A DNA stretch of 64,000 nucleotides from an uncultured Verrucomicrobiae bacterium (GCA_963702845.1 OY969763.1:5472001-5536000), one strand, 5' to 3'; shown: positions 12,501-22,932, numbered from the stretch's first letter. Translations and numbers: made by a program. Notes: generated by a model not told the origin, from the sequence alone.

Positions 12501-13647
12501 CCCACTGTATCGCATGCTGATCGATTGGGACCCGACCAACTCAACTTGGAGCAGTTTCGGCGCGGGTATAAACATTGGATCTCAATCGCAACCGACCGCT
12601 GAATCGGTTTGGGGATTGCCTGACGGCAGTGCGACCACTTTCACAAACGATTGTACGATCAGCGTCCTCGCGGACGTGAACGCGTGGTTGCGTGGCGACG
12701 CCAATCACGGTTGGGTCATGCCCGGCTGGAACGGCAACACTGACGGCACCGGCTTCAGCCCAAGCGAAGAAGCGAACATCTCATGGCGTCCTGAACTGCG
12801 TGTGTTATGGCTGCCGGCTGGCGTTTCCTCAAATAGCTTCCGCCAAAACGTCAACGGCTATACCAATGCCGTCGACACACAGATTCGCGGGAACGATCCG
12901 ACAAACGGCACCTTTGGTTTATCCGCAACGATTGGCGTTGACTGGAACGTTGTCACGCCCGGCGATCAATCTCAGGTTCTAATGCGATTCGACAACATCA
13001 TCGGCTCCGGGCCGAACCAGATTCCGCCGGGTTCACAAGTGCATGCGGCCATTCTTGATCTGACCAGCCAAAGCGGTTCGGCGCAGGGTCATGGTGGCAC
13101 ATTCCACACGATGTTGATTCCATGGAACGATACGGATTCCTTCTCCACGTTCGGCAGCGGAATTCTCGCAAACGATGTGCAGGCCAGTTCGGCAGTATCG
13201 CTTGCCGCCGGTGCCGCCGATCTGTCGTTCTTCGTCCAGGGTGGCTACCTGTCGTTTGAACTGACCGCGGACGTCGCTCAATGGGTGAGCGGCGCGAAGC
13301 CAAACTACGGTTGGGTCATCCTGCCGTGGGTCAACGGCAATGACGGTTGGTTCTTCGGCACGGCCGAAAACGCCAATGAAGGCTACCGCCCCCAACTGCG
13401 TGTCTATTACACGCCGGGAACAGTGCAGTCCCAGATCAGGATTACGTCCGCCGGTCGCACGGGCACAACCGCATTCGTGAACTTCACCGGTGCGCCGAAC
13501 ACGACCTACAGCGTCGTTCGTGCAACGACTGTTCACGGAACCTATGGTTCGATCGGCACCGCAACGACCGATGCAAACGGCATCGGCACGTTCAACGACA
13601 ACGGCTCACCAGCCGGCACGGCGTTCTACCAGGTTTCAAATCCGTAA
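9589..13647 (+). CDS. Large secreted/surface protein: signal peptide, three Calx-beta/Ig-like repeats, two DNRLRE-like domains, C-terminal tail domain
   Basis: Repeats of ...FTSGNWNQPQTVTVTG.DD; two LMRFDNI.GSGP.QIP ... N(H/Y)GWV units; T/G/N-rich. Confidence 0.75.
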   Translation: MKHPYTTRNLVATIAAVALALVPLAKATPPAHNVAAGLVNVQMLDTGTTASSIIVTCPLSINDFRLRTGSTVGSSRIQIGSSSTDDGTAGVVMSCPSENNKDYSGVVSGGGFSNVCAAAYVDGANAWNIATFGVMGLAGGSNPRLNINTAGAYFPFSTWIGGWVKNSGATNGGTMDTYIGNTNIVIGTNDLTKGGYVDNGAGISTIDLRHLGIDSRVSGVLLASGAKNETANFGITSTNVDGTWKIFIHDDGANTSNHEQDPIGWVFIPKTNTSIISGRFDSSANIEIFSGNTPQFTVTSNALGTYELKPIGVAATNAVLVLSPEGGRTTASGVAGHDGNLDNYVSYLMNNAKDGWIIQTHDCPLGGVESIPPGQAICSFAIVPGGTPGFTVTPTNNIFTTESAGIAQFQVSLDIQPTADVTISVSSSNPNEGTTDVNSLTFTSGNWNQPQTVTVTGVDDGVSDGTVFYSINLGTASSADSGYNGLQPASVSVGNIDNDPGITVTPTSGLFTTEAGGTATFNVHLNTQPTDTVTISLTSSNPNEGTVSPASVIFDQNTWNQDQLVTITGVNDFVQDGDKAYTIITGAAQTTDPAYTGSNPPDVSVVNKDNDAVGIIVSAAGPDGLTIVEGRGSNYTVRLNSQPTQNVTVNVASSDTAQGGTVSPSALVFTSGNWSNAQPVNVSATDDLSIDGTTSWFITNSVSSSDALYAALAPVPVVMHTLDNEPTITLSPVTTVFGIGNGAVGIDGRATVSDPNTSVYTGTTLTVTITNNAAAGDQLSVRNDGTVAGQIGVSGNAISYGGVTIGTFTAGSVSTPLVATFNSAATTTAIEAALRAVTFNNPGASPSVALRSVSAALRHADGGQSSASVTIRVGLLRAADFQEGADHGYGRYTGEADIELREANPNTAFPGGNAGNNMVIDWPDAGSANTSEVLMRFDNIFGSGPGQIPSDAVIAEALLTFHINSDSGDGSPLYRMLIDWDPTNSTWSSFGAGINIGSQSQPTAESVWGLPDGSATTFTNDCTISVLADVNAWLRGDANHGWVMPGWNGNTDGTGFSPSEEANISWRPELRVLWLPAGVSSNSFRQNVNGYTNAVDTQIRGNDPTNGTFGLSATIGVDWNVVTPGDQSQVLMRFDNIIGSGPNQIPPGSQVHAAILDLTSQSGSAQGHGGTFHTMLIPWNDTDSFSTFGSGILANDVQASSAVSLAAGAADLSFFVQGGYLSFELTADVAQWVSGAKPNYGWVILPWVNGNDGWFFGTAENANEGYRPQLRVYYTPGTVQSQIRITSAGRTGTTAFVNFTGAPNTTYSVVRATTVHGTYGSIGTATTDANGIGTFNDNGSPAGTAFYQVSNP

Positions 13648-13667
13648 CACACGCTAACAACAAACAA

Positions 13668-13704
13668 GAAGCAGCCGCCGTTTAAAACGGCGGCTGCTTC
13701 GTTT
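13668..13704 (+). terminator. Intrinsic terminator
   Basis: GAAGCAGCCGCCGTTT-A-AAACGGCGGCTGCTTC hairpin after stop codon. Confidence 0.8.
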
Positions 13705-13898
13705 CCGCCCAGCGTTGGAGGGCGAACAGCCCAAATCGCGCAAAGCGTCGCACGCTTGGAACCCTACAATTCAATCCCAAGCAAACCTGCCGTGTTTGAC
13801 ACGTGTCAACACCCAGCGTGTTTTCCTTTGACGCATTGTTCTGCGCTACCTAGATTGACAATCTAAATTTCGGCAAATTTATTGAAGTATATTGATTT

Positions 13899-15041
13899 AT
13901 GGAAAGTGCCACCACGCCCATTTCACCAGTGACAAAAGGACTCGATGGAGTTGTTGCCGCTCAAACGCGCCTCAGCGACGTCCGGGGTGAGCAGGGGGAG
14001 CTGATCTATTGCGGATACGACATCAACGAACTCGCGGGCAAGGTCTCCTACGAAGAAGTTGTCCACCTGCTTCATCGCAATCATTTGCCGACGCGCGATG
14101 AACTGGCGGCTTTCAAAGCCATCCTGGCTGGCGACCGCGAATTGCCCAAAGGCATTGTCGATATCCTGAAGACCGTTCCCAAAGATACGCCACCGATGGA
14201 CGCCATTCGCACGGCCGTGTCAGCCTTGGGGTGCTTTGATCCTGAGCGTGACGACAATTCGCAAGACGGCCAGCGCAGGAAAGCAATGCGACTGATCGCA
14301 CAAATCCCGATTATCACCGCCTATTTCCATCGGATTCGCCAGGGCAAAAGCATTTTGCAGCCCGACCCGAGTCTAGGCGAAGCCGCCAATTTTTTGTATT
14401 TGATGGACGGCGTCAAACCCTCGGCTGAAAAAGCCAACACGCTCGATCTGTGCTACGTCCTGCACGCCGATCACGGCATGAACGCTTCGACGTTCAGCGC
14501 GCGTGTGACCATCGCCACGTTGAGCGACATGTATTCCGCCATCACCAGCGCCATCGGCACCTTAAAAGGCCCGCTCCACGGCGGCGCTAACGAAGGTGTT
14601 ATCAAGATGCTGATGGAAATCGGCTCGCTCGATAAGGTCGACGCCTACGTGGAAGATTGTCTTGCCCAAAAGAAAAAGATCATGGGCATCGGCCATCGCG
14701 TTTACAAAACCCTCGATCCTCGTGCGCCGCACCTCAAGAAAATGGCGCAAATTCTCAGCTCAAAACTCGGCGAGCCGAAATGGATTCAGATGAGCGACCG
14801 CATCGCGGAGTTGATGCTCAAGCGCAAAAACTTGCACGCGAACGTCGATTTCTACTCAGCGACCGTTTACTACTCGCTCGACATCCCGACGGATTTGTTC
14901 ACGCCAATTTTTGCCATCGCGCGAACCGCCGGATGGACCGCGCACGTGTTGGAGCAACTCGCGGACAATCGACTCATCAGACCACAAAGCGCCTATACCG
15001 GCGCCGTGGGCTTGAAGGTCGTTCCGCTATCCGAACGTTAA
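13899..15041 (+). CDS. gltA: Citrate synthase
   Basis: LHADHGMNASTF, GPLHGGANE, MGIGHRVYK, ANVDFYS, RLIRP. Confidence 0.93.
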   Translation: MESATTPISPVTKGLDGVVAAQTRLSDVRGEQGELIYCGYDINELAGKVSYEEVVHLLHRNHLPTRDELAAFKAILAGDRELPKGIVDILKTVPKDTPPMDAIRTAVSALGCFDPERDDNSQDGQRRKAMRLIAQIPIITAYFHRIRQGKSILQPDPSLGEAANFLYLMDGVKPSAEKANTLDLCYVLHADHGMNASTFSARVTIATLSDMYSAITSAIGTLKGPLHGGANEGVIKMLMEIGSLDKVDAYVEDCLAQKKKIMGIGHRVYKTLDPRAPHLKKMAQILSSKLGEPKWIQMSDRIAELMLKRKNLHANVDFYSATVYYSLDIPTDLFTPIFAIARTAGWTAHVLEQLADNRLIRPQSAYTGAVGLKVVPLSER

Positions 15042-15047
15042 TTCCAG

Positions 15048-15320
15048 TTAGTGGTGACTGCCGCTCAAAATTGCGCTGCCAGCCCCGAAAACAATGATGA
15101 GCAACGCGATTACAACGGCAATAATGGTCAAAATAGTTGCGATCATTCCGCAAATGCGTCCAGCGTTAGTGGTGCTGCGTCCGCTTGGATCCATCAATCC
15201 GGCGTCCATTTGTTTGATGTCCCCATTTCCCATGACCCATGCTGCGATGCCGAGCGGTCCGCAAAGCACAAGACCTAAAATTCCTAAGACCAAAACCAAC
15301 GTGCCACGATGAGGTTTCAT
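15048..15320 (-). CDS. Small membrane protein (DUF4190-like)
   Basis: PHRGTLVLVLGILG...AGRICG, two hydrophobic segments. Confidence 0.7.
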   Translation of the reverse strand: MKPHRGTLVLVLGILGLVLCGPLGIAAWVMGNGDIKQMDAGLMDPSGRSTTNAGRICGMIATILTIIAVVIALLIIVFGAGSAILSGSHH

Positions 15321-15392
15321 GTTATCCTTTGTTTAGGTTGACTAACGTTGCGGTCAATTTGAGACTACCTATTCGTAGTGCAAGCTTAAAAA

Positions 15393-16598
15393 ATGAACAT
15401 TCACGAGTATCAAGCAAAGCAGCTTCTCGCCCAATACGGCGTTCCGGTCCCTCTTGGCGAAGTCGCGGACACACCCGAGGCGGCAAAAAAGATCGCTGAA
15501 AAGATTTTTGGCGCGGGCGAAAAGCTCGCCGTTATCAAGTCGCAAATCCACGCTGGTGGCCGCGGTAAGGGAACGTTCAAGAACGGTTTCAAAGGCGGCG
15601 TGAAGCTAGCCAAGAGCGCGGACGAAATCTACGAGTACGCCAAAAACATGCTCGGCCAGGTGCTCGTCACCAAGCAGACCGGCCCTGACGGTCGACTCGT
15701 CAGTAAAGTGCTCATCGCCGGCGCGCCTGAGATTAAAAAAGAATTTTATTGTGCCGCGCTGCTCGACCGCAATACCTCCAGGCCGATCATCATGGTCAGC
15801 ACCGAAGGTGGCGTGGACATCGAAGAGGTCGCCGAGAAACATCCCGAAAAGATCATTAAAGAAACGATCGATCCCGCGGCCGGTTTTTATCCGTACCAGG
15901 GCCGCAAGCTCGCGATTGCCCTCGGTTTGAAAGGCGATTTAATCGCTGCCGGTGCGAAATTTTTCGCGGCACTCTACAAAACATTCTGGGAATGCGACGC
16001 GAGCATGGTTGAAATCAACCCGCTCTGCATCGTCGTCGGTCGCGACGGAAAAGAAAGCCTTTCCGCCGTCGACGCGAAGATCGGCCTCGACGACAACGCG
16101 CTTTATCGCCACGCCAACATCCAGGCGATGCGCGACCTCGCCGAAGAAGCGCCGCTCGAAATTGAAGCGAGCAAATTCAATCTCAATTACATCAAGCTCG
16201 ATGGCAGCATCGCTTGCCTCGTCAACGGCGCTGGTCTGGCCATGGCCACCATGGACATCATCCAGCATTTCGGCGGCGAACCGGCGAACTTCCTCGACGT
16301 CGGCGGTGGCGCGAGCAAGGAACAAGTCACGGCCGCATTCAAAATCATTTTGAGCGACCCGCACGTAAAAGGAATTCTCGTGAACATTTTCGGCGGCATC
16401 ATGCAGTGCGACATCATCGCCGCAGGCATCGTTGCCGCCGTTAAAGAAACGGGTTTGAAATTGCCGCTGGTCGTTCGCCTCGAAGGCAACAATGTCCAGA
16501 TCGGTAAACAGATTCTCAAAGAATCCGGCCTGCCCATCATCAGTGGTGATTCGATGGCCGACGCCGCGCAAAAAGTTGTCAAAGCCGTTAAGGCATAA
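15393..16598 (+). CDS. sucC: Succinyl-CoA synthetase beta subunit
   Basis: [43 protein letters not shown]. Confidence 0.97.
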   Translation: MNIHEYQAKQLLAQYGVPVPLGEVADTPEAAKKIAEKIFGAGEKLAVIKSQIHAGGRGKGTFKNGFKGGVKLAKSADEIYEYAKNMLGQVLVTKQTGPDGRLVSKVLIAGAPEIKKEFYCAALLDRNTSRPIIMVSTEGGVDIEEVAEKHPEKIIKETIDPAAGFYPYQGRKLAIALGLKGDLIAAGAKFFAALYKTFWECDASMVEINPLCIVVGRDGKESLSAVDAKIGLDDNALYRHANIQAMRDLAEEAPLEIEASKFNLNYIKLDGSIACLVNGAGLAMATMDIIQHFGGEPANFLDVGGGASKEQVTAAFKIILSDPHVKGILVNIFGGIMQCDIIAAGIVAAVKETGLKLPLVVRLEGNNVQIGKQILKESGLPIISGDSMADAAQKVVKAVKA

Positions 16599-16606
16599 AG
16601 GGGAAA

Positions 16607-16963
16607 ATGAAAATCACCGAGATCGCTTTCTGCTGCTACGCCGTTACGGACATCGCACGCGCACGCAAATTTTACGAAGGCGTTCTCGGCCTCGAACCCA
16701 CGACCATCTCGGGTGAGCAATGGGTTGAATACGCCTGGGGCTCTTATGCTTTGGCGATTGGTTCATCGCCGCAATGGAAACCAAGTCCCGACGGTTGTTC
16801 TGCCGCACTTGAAGTCGAAGATTTCGACGCTGCCGTAAAACAGCTCCGCGACAGCAACGTAAAATTCCGCATGGAACCCTATGAAGGTCCCGTTTGCAAA
16901 ATGGTCGCCGTCTTTGACCCCGATGGCAACACCATCGTCATTCACAAGCGCAAAGGTTTATAA
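16607..16963 (+). CDS. VOC/glyoxalase family protein
   Basis: [23 protein letters not shown]. Confidence 0.85.
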   Translation: MKITEIAFCCYAVTDIARARKFYEGVLGLEPTTISGEQWVEYAWGSYALAIGSSPQWKPSPDGCSAALEVEDFDAAVKQLRDSNVKFRMEPYEGPVCKMVAVFDPDGNTIVIHKRKGL

Positions 16964-16968
16964 TTTCT

Positions 16969-17868
16969 ATGGCCATTCTCGTTAACTCCGACACAAAAAT
17001 TCTCGTCCAAGGCATCACCGGCAGTTTCGGTGCGCGCCACACTCAACTCAGCATTGATTACGGCTCACAAGTCGTCGCCGGCGTCACGCCCGGCAAAGGG
17101 GGCCAGAGCTTTGAGCACAACGGCAAAAAAGTTCCCATCTTCGACAGCGTCGCCGAAGCCGCCAAACAAACCGGCGCAACCGTCTCCGCCATTTTCGTTC
17201 CGCCACCGTTCGCTGCCGATGCCATCATGGAAGCAGCCGATGCCGGGCTCGATCTCGCCGTTGCCATTACCGAAGGCATTCCGGTGAATGACATGGTCCG
17301 AGTGAAGAGCGCCATGCGCGGTAAAAAAACCCGCCTCATCGGCCCGAACTGCCCCGGCGTCGTCACACCTGGGACTGGCAAAGATTCCGCCGGCGGTTGC
17401 CGCATTGGCATCGCGCCCGGATACATTCACAAAAAGGGAAACATCGGCGTCGTCTCCCGCAGCGGCACGTTGACTTACGAAGCCGTCTGGCAACTGACCT
17501 GCCGGGGCGTTGGCCAATCCACCTGCGTCGGCATTGGTGGTGACCCAGTCAACGGCACCTCGCATTTGGACATCATCAAAATGTTCAACGATGACCCTGA
17601 AACAACTGGCATCATCATGATCGGCGAAATCGGCGGTTCCGCTGAAGAAGAAGCTGCTGAATGGATTAAGAAGAATTGCAAAAAGCCGGTCGCTGGTTTT
17701 ATCGCCGGAGCCACCGCACCCCCCGGTCGCCGCATGGGTCACGCCGGCGCCATCATCAGCGGCGGAAAAGGAACTGCGGCTGCCAAAATCGCGGCGTTTA
17801 AAGAAGCGGGTATCGGCATCGCCGCCACTCCGTCCGAAATGGCAGATACGCTGCTTAAAATGATGTAG
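16969..17868 (+). CDS. sucD: Succinyl-CoA synthetase alpha subunit
   Basis: [29 protein letters not shown]. Confidence 0.97.
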   Translation: MAILVNSDTKILVQGITGSFGARHTQLSIDYGSQVVAGVTPGKGGQSFEHNGKKVPIFDSVAEAAKQTGATVSAIFVPPPFAADAIMEAADAGLDLAVAITEGIPVNDMVRVKSAMRGKKTRLIGPNCPGVVTPGTGKDSAGGCRIGIAPGYIHKKGNIGVVSRSGTLTYEAVWQLTCRGVGQSTCVGIGGDPVNGTSHLDIIKMFNDDPETTGIIMIGEIGGSAEEEAAEWIKKNCKKPVAGFIAGATAPPGRRMGHAGAIISGGKGTAAAKIAAFKEAGIGIAATPSEMADTLLKMM

Positions 17869-18994
17869 TCAGGATTCGGCCTTCGACTTTTTTTGCCAAC
17901 GCCGCCAGGTAACGGGCGGCGTTCTTTTTTGCTTTTTCAGTGGTCGTTATTTCCGTTAGCGCTGAGACGCTGGTAAACAATTTCTGTTTTGCTGGGACAT
18001 TTGCGGTTCCTCCAAACGCGATGCACCGCACGTGATGTTTTTTGCACAACGTCGCCAACTGTCCGACGCCTTTGCCCATAAATGTCTGTTGATCGATCGC
18101 ACCTTCACCGGTGATGACCAAATCGGCTGAACGAATGTGCGCTAACAAATTTGAATGCTTCGCAAACAGTTCGAAACCATTCGCCAGCTTCGCATCGGCA
18201 AACGCCATTAAGCCAAAACCAAGTCCACCAGCCGCACCCGCACCAGGGGATTTTGCGAGGTCGCGTCTGAACTGTCGTTTGTAAACTTTGGCCAGCTGTC
18301 CCAATGCGTTTTCGGCTAAAGCAAAATCTTCTTGGTCCAATCCTTTCTGTGGCCCGTAGACTCGTGTACAACCTTTGGGGCCGAGTAATGGATTTTTCAC
18401 GTCGACGGCTACTGTGATTTTCAACGACAACGCCGAAGTCGACTTCTCAATTCGTACCAACATCCCAAGCTGCCACCATTCATCAAGAAGTCTCGTTGGC
18501 GCGCAACTGGGACAATCATCTGATGCCAAAAATTTCCAGCCAAGCGCACGTGCCAATCCGAACCCTGCGTCGTTAGTCGCACTCCCGCCAATTCCAACTA
18601 TGCACTCCTTCGCTCCAGCGCGTGCGACGCTCTGCAAAACGCGCGCGAGGCCTAACGTATCCAACTGAAAGGGATGAAATTTCCGATGTGGCAACATCGC
18701 CAGTCCATTCACCAATGCCGCCTCAACAATCGCCGTGTGCGTTTTCGCATCCCACCACCACGCCGCTTCGATCGGTTGATGAGCGGCATCGACTGTTTCA
18801 ATAATTTGCTTTTTCGCACCAATCGCGCGTCCCATCACCTCACCGAATCCATCACCGCCGTCACTCATTGGCAGCAGCGTTAGTTTGTCGTTCGGTCGAG
18901 CCGTTTTCCATCCCCGCGCAATCGCCTTGGCCGCCTCACTGGCCGAGAGCGTGCCTTTGAACTTATCGGGTGCGATTAATACGCGTTGCGCCAT
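17855..18994 (-). CDS. Glycerate kinase family protein
   Basis: [41 protein letters not shown]. Confidence 0.92.
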   Translation of the reverse strand: MAQRVLIAPDKFKGTLSASEAAKAIARGWKTARPNDKLTLLPMSDGGDGFGEVMGRAIGAKKQIIETVDAAHQPIEAAWWWDAKTHTAIVEAALVNGLAMLPHRKFHPFQLDTLGLARVLQSVARAGAKECIVGIGGSATNDAGFGLARALGWKFLASDDCPSCAPTRLLDEWWQLGMLVRIEKSTSALSLKITVAVDVKNPLLGPKGCTRVYGPQKGLDQEDFALAENALGQLAKVYKRQFRRDLAKSPGAGAAGGLGFGLMAFADAKLANGFELFAKHSNLLAHIRSADLVITGEGAIDQQTFMGKGVGQLATLCKKHHVRCIAFGGTANVPAKQKLFTSVSALTEITTTEKAKKNAARYLAALAKKVEGRILTTSF

Positions 18995-19046
18995 GCGATT
19001 GATTCGAACAAAGCCGCGTCCGTTAGCAAGCGGTTTATCAAACCAA

Positions 19047-19412
19047 TCACAATTTAAGAGCGCGTAAGGCTTCGGGAAAATCTTTGCATGTCACGTTTCG
19101 CACGCTGCGACCGTAATGAAACACCGAAAGAATATTCAGCCCGATGTCCTTGTGCGAGTCGGGTATGATTCGCACGACCAACTCAATTCCAGCTGATTTG
19201 AAAAAATCCATTCTCTTCTCAAGCTCCGGCACGCATTCCTTATCCATCGATTGCAGTTGTTCCAAATCACTGAGCAGTCGGAAGTCCCGACCCAATTCTG
19301 CCACCAACGTTTGCACCTCGACGGCCTGAGCGCGCATCTCCTCGCCAGTGACGTTTCCGACGAACTTTAAATACAGCAGTCGTTGCGCCTTGTTCGCTGT
19401 CGCTAGAATCAT
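19047..19412 (-). CDS. Hypothetical protein (possible STAS/SpoIIAA-like alpha/beta fold)
   Basis: 121-aa ORF filling the gap; protein-like composition; fold is a guess. Confidence 0.55.
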   Translation of the reverse strand: MILATANKAQRLLYLKFVGNVTGEEMRAQAVEVQTLVAELGRDFRLLSDLEQLQSMDKECVPELEKRMDFFKSAGIELVVRIIPDSHKDIGLNILSVFHYGRSVRNVTCKDFPEALRALKL

Positions 19413-19506
19413 GCACCGTCAAAATAGCATAGTCCGGGCCAGTGGCGAGAGCTGTTAGGTTCGGGCTTTATCGGTTTGAGTGGACTGCGTAATCTATCGC
19501 CGCGTT

Positions 19507-20730
19507 TTGAAAATCCTTTGGCTCAAGACCGGACCGTTGCATCCGTTGGACACGGGCGGGAAGCTGCGCACCTATCACATGTTGCGCGCGTTGCGGGCGG
19601 GCAATCACGTGACGTTTTTGGCGTTATGCTCGCCGGACCAACGAGCCGCGACAGAAAAGGCCGGCGAATATTCGGACGCGCAGTGTTGGATCGATTGGCA
19701 GGAAACACCGAAACGAAGCGGACGTTTTTTTACGGAGCTCGGCGCGAATCTCGTTTTCTCAAATTTGCCCTATGTCATTTCGAAATACCGATCATCAGAA
19801 ATGGCGAACGCCATTAGGCAGTATGATATCGACCGCGAGTTTGATCTCATCATCTGCGACTTCTTAACTCCGAGCATCAACCTCTTCGCCAACGGTTGGT
19901 GGACCAAATCGCCGGTGCTCTTGTTTCAGCACAATGTCGAGTCACTGATTTGGAAGCGCCTCTACCAGACCGCGTCCGGTTTGAAGAAAGTTTACTTCCG
20001 CGACCAATGGAAGCGCATGGTCGCATTTGAAAAAAAAGCCTGCGCCGCATCGGACGCGGTGGTCGCAGTATCCGAAGAGGATGCAACGCTGTTGCGCTCG
20101 GAGCTTGGTCTCAGCAACGTGCTCGGCGCGGTTCCAACCGGTGTCGATGCCGCTGGCTTTGCGTCCTGTCGCTCGGCGAAGAAGAAGCCGAAGTCGCTGG
20201 TATTCCTGGGATCGATGGATTGGATGCCAAACATCGACGCCGTGCTGTGGTTCTGCCGCGAAATCTTTCCAGCGCTGAAAAAACGTTTTCCTGAATTAAT
20301 GCTAAGCGTCGTGGGACGCAATCCGACAGCCGAGGTCAAGCAGCTCGCCAAAACCCCCGGTGTTGAAATCACCGGAACCGTGGACGATGTAAAACCGTAC
20401 ATGGGTCAGGCCGAAGTAATGATTGTGCCCTTGCGTGTTGGTGGCGGGACGCGGGTGAAAATTTTTGAAGGGATGGCCGCTGGTTTGCCGATCGTCTCGA
20501 CGCGTATTGGCGCCGAAGGTTTGCCGGTGCGTGATGGAGAAAATATTCTCCTGGCCGATACGCCCGGTGCCATCGTCGACAAGATTACGGATCTTCTCGG
20601 AAAACTGGAATTGCGCACGAATATGGGTGCTAGTGCAGCGCGGTTCGTCACTGACAACTACAGTTGGGAATCTGCGACAAAAAAGTTCGAGGACTATTGT
20701 CACCTGACCTTAACGAAACGTTCGTTGTGA
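19507..20730 (+). CDS. Glycosyltransferase family 4
   Basis: P.DTGGKLRTY, QHNVES, FLGSMDWMPNIDA, GGGTRVKIFE...GAEG; start uncertain (19480-19507). Confidence 0.9.
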   Translation: MKILWLKTGPLHPLDTGGKLRTYHMLRALRAGNHVTFLALCSPDQRAATEKAGEYSDAQCWIDWQETPKRSGRFFTELGANLVFSNLPYVISKYRSSEMANAIRQYDIDREFDLIICDFLTPSINLFANGWWTKSPVLLFQHNVESLIWKRLYQTASGLKKVYFRDQWKRMVAFEKKACAASDAVVAVSEEDATLLRSELGLSNVLGAVPTGVDAAGFASCRSAKKKPKSLVFLGSMDWMPNIDAVLWFCREIFPALKKRFPELMLSVVGRNPTAEVKQLAKTPGVEITGTVDDVKPYMGQAEVMIVPLRVGGGTRVKIFEGMAAGLPIVSTRIGAEGLPVRDGENILLADTPGAIVDKITDLLGKLELRTNMGASAARFVTDNYSWESATKKFEDYCHLTLTKRSL

Positions 20731-20877
20731 CTGCTAAGTATTAAACAGTAATCCCTAATCGGTGCACTTCGGACGCCGCCTTATCGGAATACTGATTACT
20801 CAATACTGAATACCGGTTACCTCCTATCGCGGCTCACCCCGATTGACCGGTGTCACACACGCGGTAATGTCGCTTGT

Positions 20878-21234
20878 ATGACAATCTTAACGGACGTTTC
20901 ATCGGCGCTGCTGCGACGGGCGGTTCAATTGAAGGAGCAAATCGAGGGACTGGAGAAAGAGTTGAATAACATTCTCGGTCAAACCAGCCCTAAGCGCAGC
21001 ATGGCGATGACGCGAAGCCGCCCGGGTATCAGTCCGGCTGGACGCGCGCGGATTGTCGCCGCACAAAAACGCCGCTGGGCGATGCATCGGGCCCAGGCCA
21101 AAGCCGCAACCCGATCCAGCAGCAGCGCGCGCATAGCAACAAAAGCACCGAAAGGTGGCATCCCCCCCCAACTACGCGCCAAATTGGCCGCCCAGGCAAA
21201 AGCTCGTTGGGCCAAAGTTAAGTCGATGGGCTGA
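20878..21234 (+). CDS. Small basic protein, putative nucleoid-associated
   Basis: N-terminal coiled coil plus two R/K/A-rich ..AAQ.(R/A)RWA units. Confidence 0.7.
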   Translation: MTILTDVSSALLRRAVQLKEQIEGLEKELNNILGQTSPKRSMAMTRSRPGISPAGRARIVAAQKRRWAMHRAQAKAATRSSSSARIATKAPKGGIPPQLRAKLAAQAKARWAKVKSMG

Positions 21235-21363
21235 CCAAAAGCGTTTCGATTTCCTGCAACAGTTGCGTCCCACTCAATTCTCTAACGCCCCGACGAACGA
21301 TTCTCTGTATTCGCCGGTCGCTCGGCAGCACCTCAGCAAACGGTGACCGAGTGATGGCTCGGA

Positions 21364-21530
21364 TTAGTCACGTCGCTTTGCTGGAACAACACACCAGCCG
21401 AGACAAGCGAAGTAAATCAACACCGAAACAAGAGAGACCCACTTCCCGACCGTAAAAGCAGGCGGACGATACTCCATTTTCAAGAGATGATGGCCAGCGG
21501 CCAACGGCACTGCGCGCAAACAAAGTAATC
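21364..21530 (-). pseudogene. Remnant 3' end of a YfhO-like membrane protein
   Basis: RAVPLAAGHH...YRP..F.VGKWVS plus TM resembles a YfhO C-terminus; no upstream portion present. Confidence 0.5.
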
Positions 21531-21896
21531 CTCGAATCACCGCCCCAACCCGCGCCTGATTCACGGTGGAGATGATAAGAGTTATGTTAAATGACGGAAT
21601 TCAAAAAAGAGTTTTTAAATGGATTAGCGCGCCTTCAGACAGCCTGGAACATTGATGTCAATTAGTCCACGACAGAGCCGGGTGCGGTAACACTGAATTA
21701 AAAAACGATTTCCCTTGGATTACCGGCACTTCAGACAATGAGCGCCCCGTTGTGTCAAGTATTACACGACAGAGCTTTTACGGTTTTCCCTGAAAACAGA
21801 ACCGGCGGAACCCCGATTGTTGTTTTTGTCAAATAGTTCACTGTGGCGTTGTCCCATGAAAACCCACGACGAGTGGCCAAGAACCTTTGTGCCGCC

Positions 21897-21959
21897 ACGA
21901 TGTCTTGTACCGTTTGCAGGCCGGTGCTCGAGATCGTCTCCATAACAAAAGCAGCCTGC
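21897..21959 (+). ncRNA. Candidate leader pseudoknot, GH25 copy 1
   Basis: Hairpin with loop GCAGGC (21916-21921) complementary to GCCTGC (21954-21959). Confidence 0.55.
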
Positions 21960-21985
21960 CGACAAAAAGCAAAAAACAAAAAGCA

Positions 21986-22745
21986 ATGAAAACGATCATT
22001 AAAACCTCGTTAGGGTTGGTTGCGGGATTGGCGCTGTCGTTTACCGGCATGCAAGCCAAAGCTAACAACACGACCCACAGTCTCCTCGGCATTGATGTCT
22101 CCAGCTATCAAGGTTTCGTCACATGGGCAGCGTCCATGGTGACGGCGTAGCGTTCGCATTCGCCCGCGCCACTGAAGGAACCGCCAGCAACGACTCGGAT
22201 TTCTCCGGCAACATGAGCCGCGGCAAAAGCGCTGGTGTGAAATGGGCGCTTATCACTTCGCCTATCCAGCCGAAGGGTGCCCCAGCGTGCAGGCCAATCA
22301 CTTCTGGTCTATCGCCGGCGGCAAAATCACCGCTGACGGCAAATCAGTCATGCCGATGGTGGATTGCGAAGAATTCACTGGTGTTGGCTGCTCCGAAGGC
22401 ACCTACACCACCTGGTACAATGATTGGGCGACAGACCTCAAGACTCATTCTTCTGGCCTGCGTCCTGTCATCTATGTCAGCGCCTGCAATGCGTCTCACT
22501 TGACCACCGGCATCGCGGACTTGGGTGCATGGATTGCCGACTACAATGGCGGCAACCTGTATACCGGCAACCCATGGACCACCTGCTGTGGTGACTGCCG
22601 CTGGGGTTCCACCTCCTGCAACAACAACACCTGGACCTACTGGCAGGTCAGCTCCACTGGAGCGATCAGCGGTATCTCCGGCAACGTCGACCTCGATGCC
22701 TACAATGGCACCTTGGCCCAGTTGACCTCCTGGCAAGGTGTCTAA
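21986..22745 (+). CDS. Secreted GH25 muramidase copy 1 (two 1-nt deletions near 22127 and 22241)
   Basis: Signal peptide, GIDVSSYQG, DCE acid motif, NVDLD; mature region nearly identical to copy 2. Confidence 0.85.
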
Positions 22746-22760
22746 TCTAGTTTGAAGCAA

Positions 22761-22790
22761 GCCCGCGCGAGGCCAAAACCTCGCGCGGGT
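22761..22790 (+). terminator. Terminator hairpin after GH25 copy 1
   Basis: CCCGCGCGAGG...CCTCGCGCGGG. Confidence 0.7.
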
Positions 22791-22932
22791 CTCACATTGT
22801 CGAACCCATAAGTCGTCACAATCAACAAAAAGCAAAAAGCGCCTGAACCCAACAGGCATTTAAGCTGTTCGTTTGAAATTTTTTCAGTAGCGAAACTAAG
22901 TGCGTTAGTGATCTCTGAGTTTGAGTCCAGAG

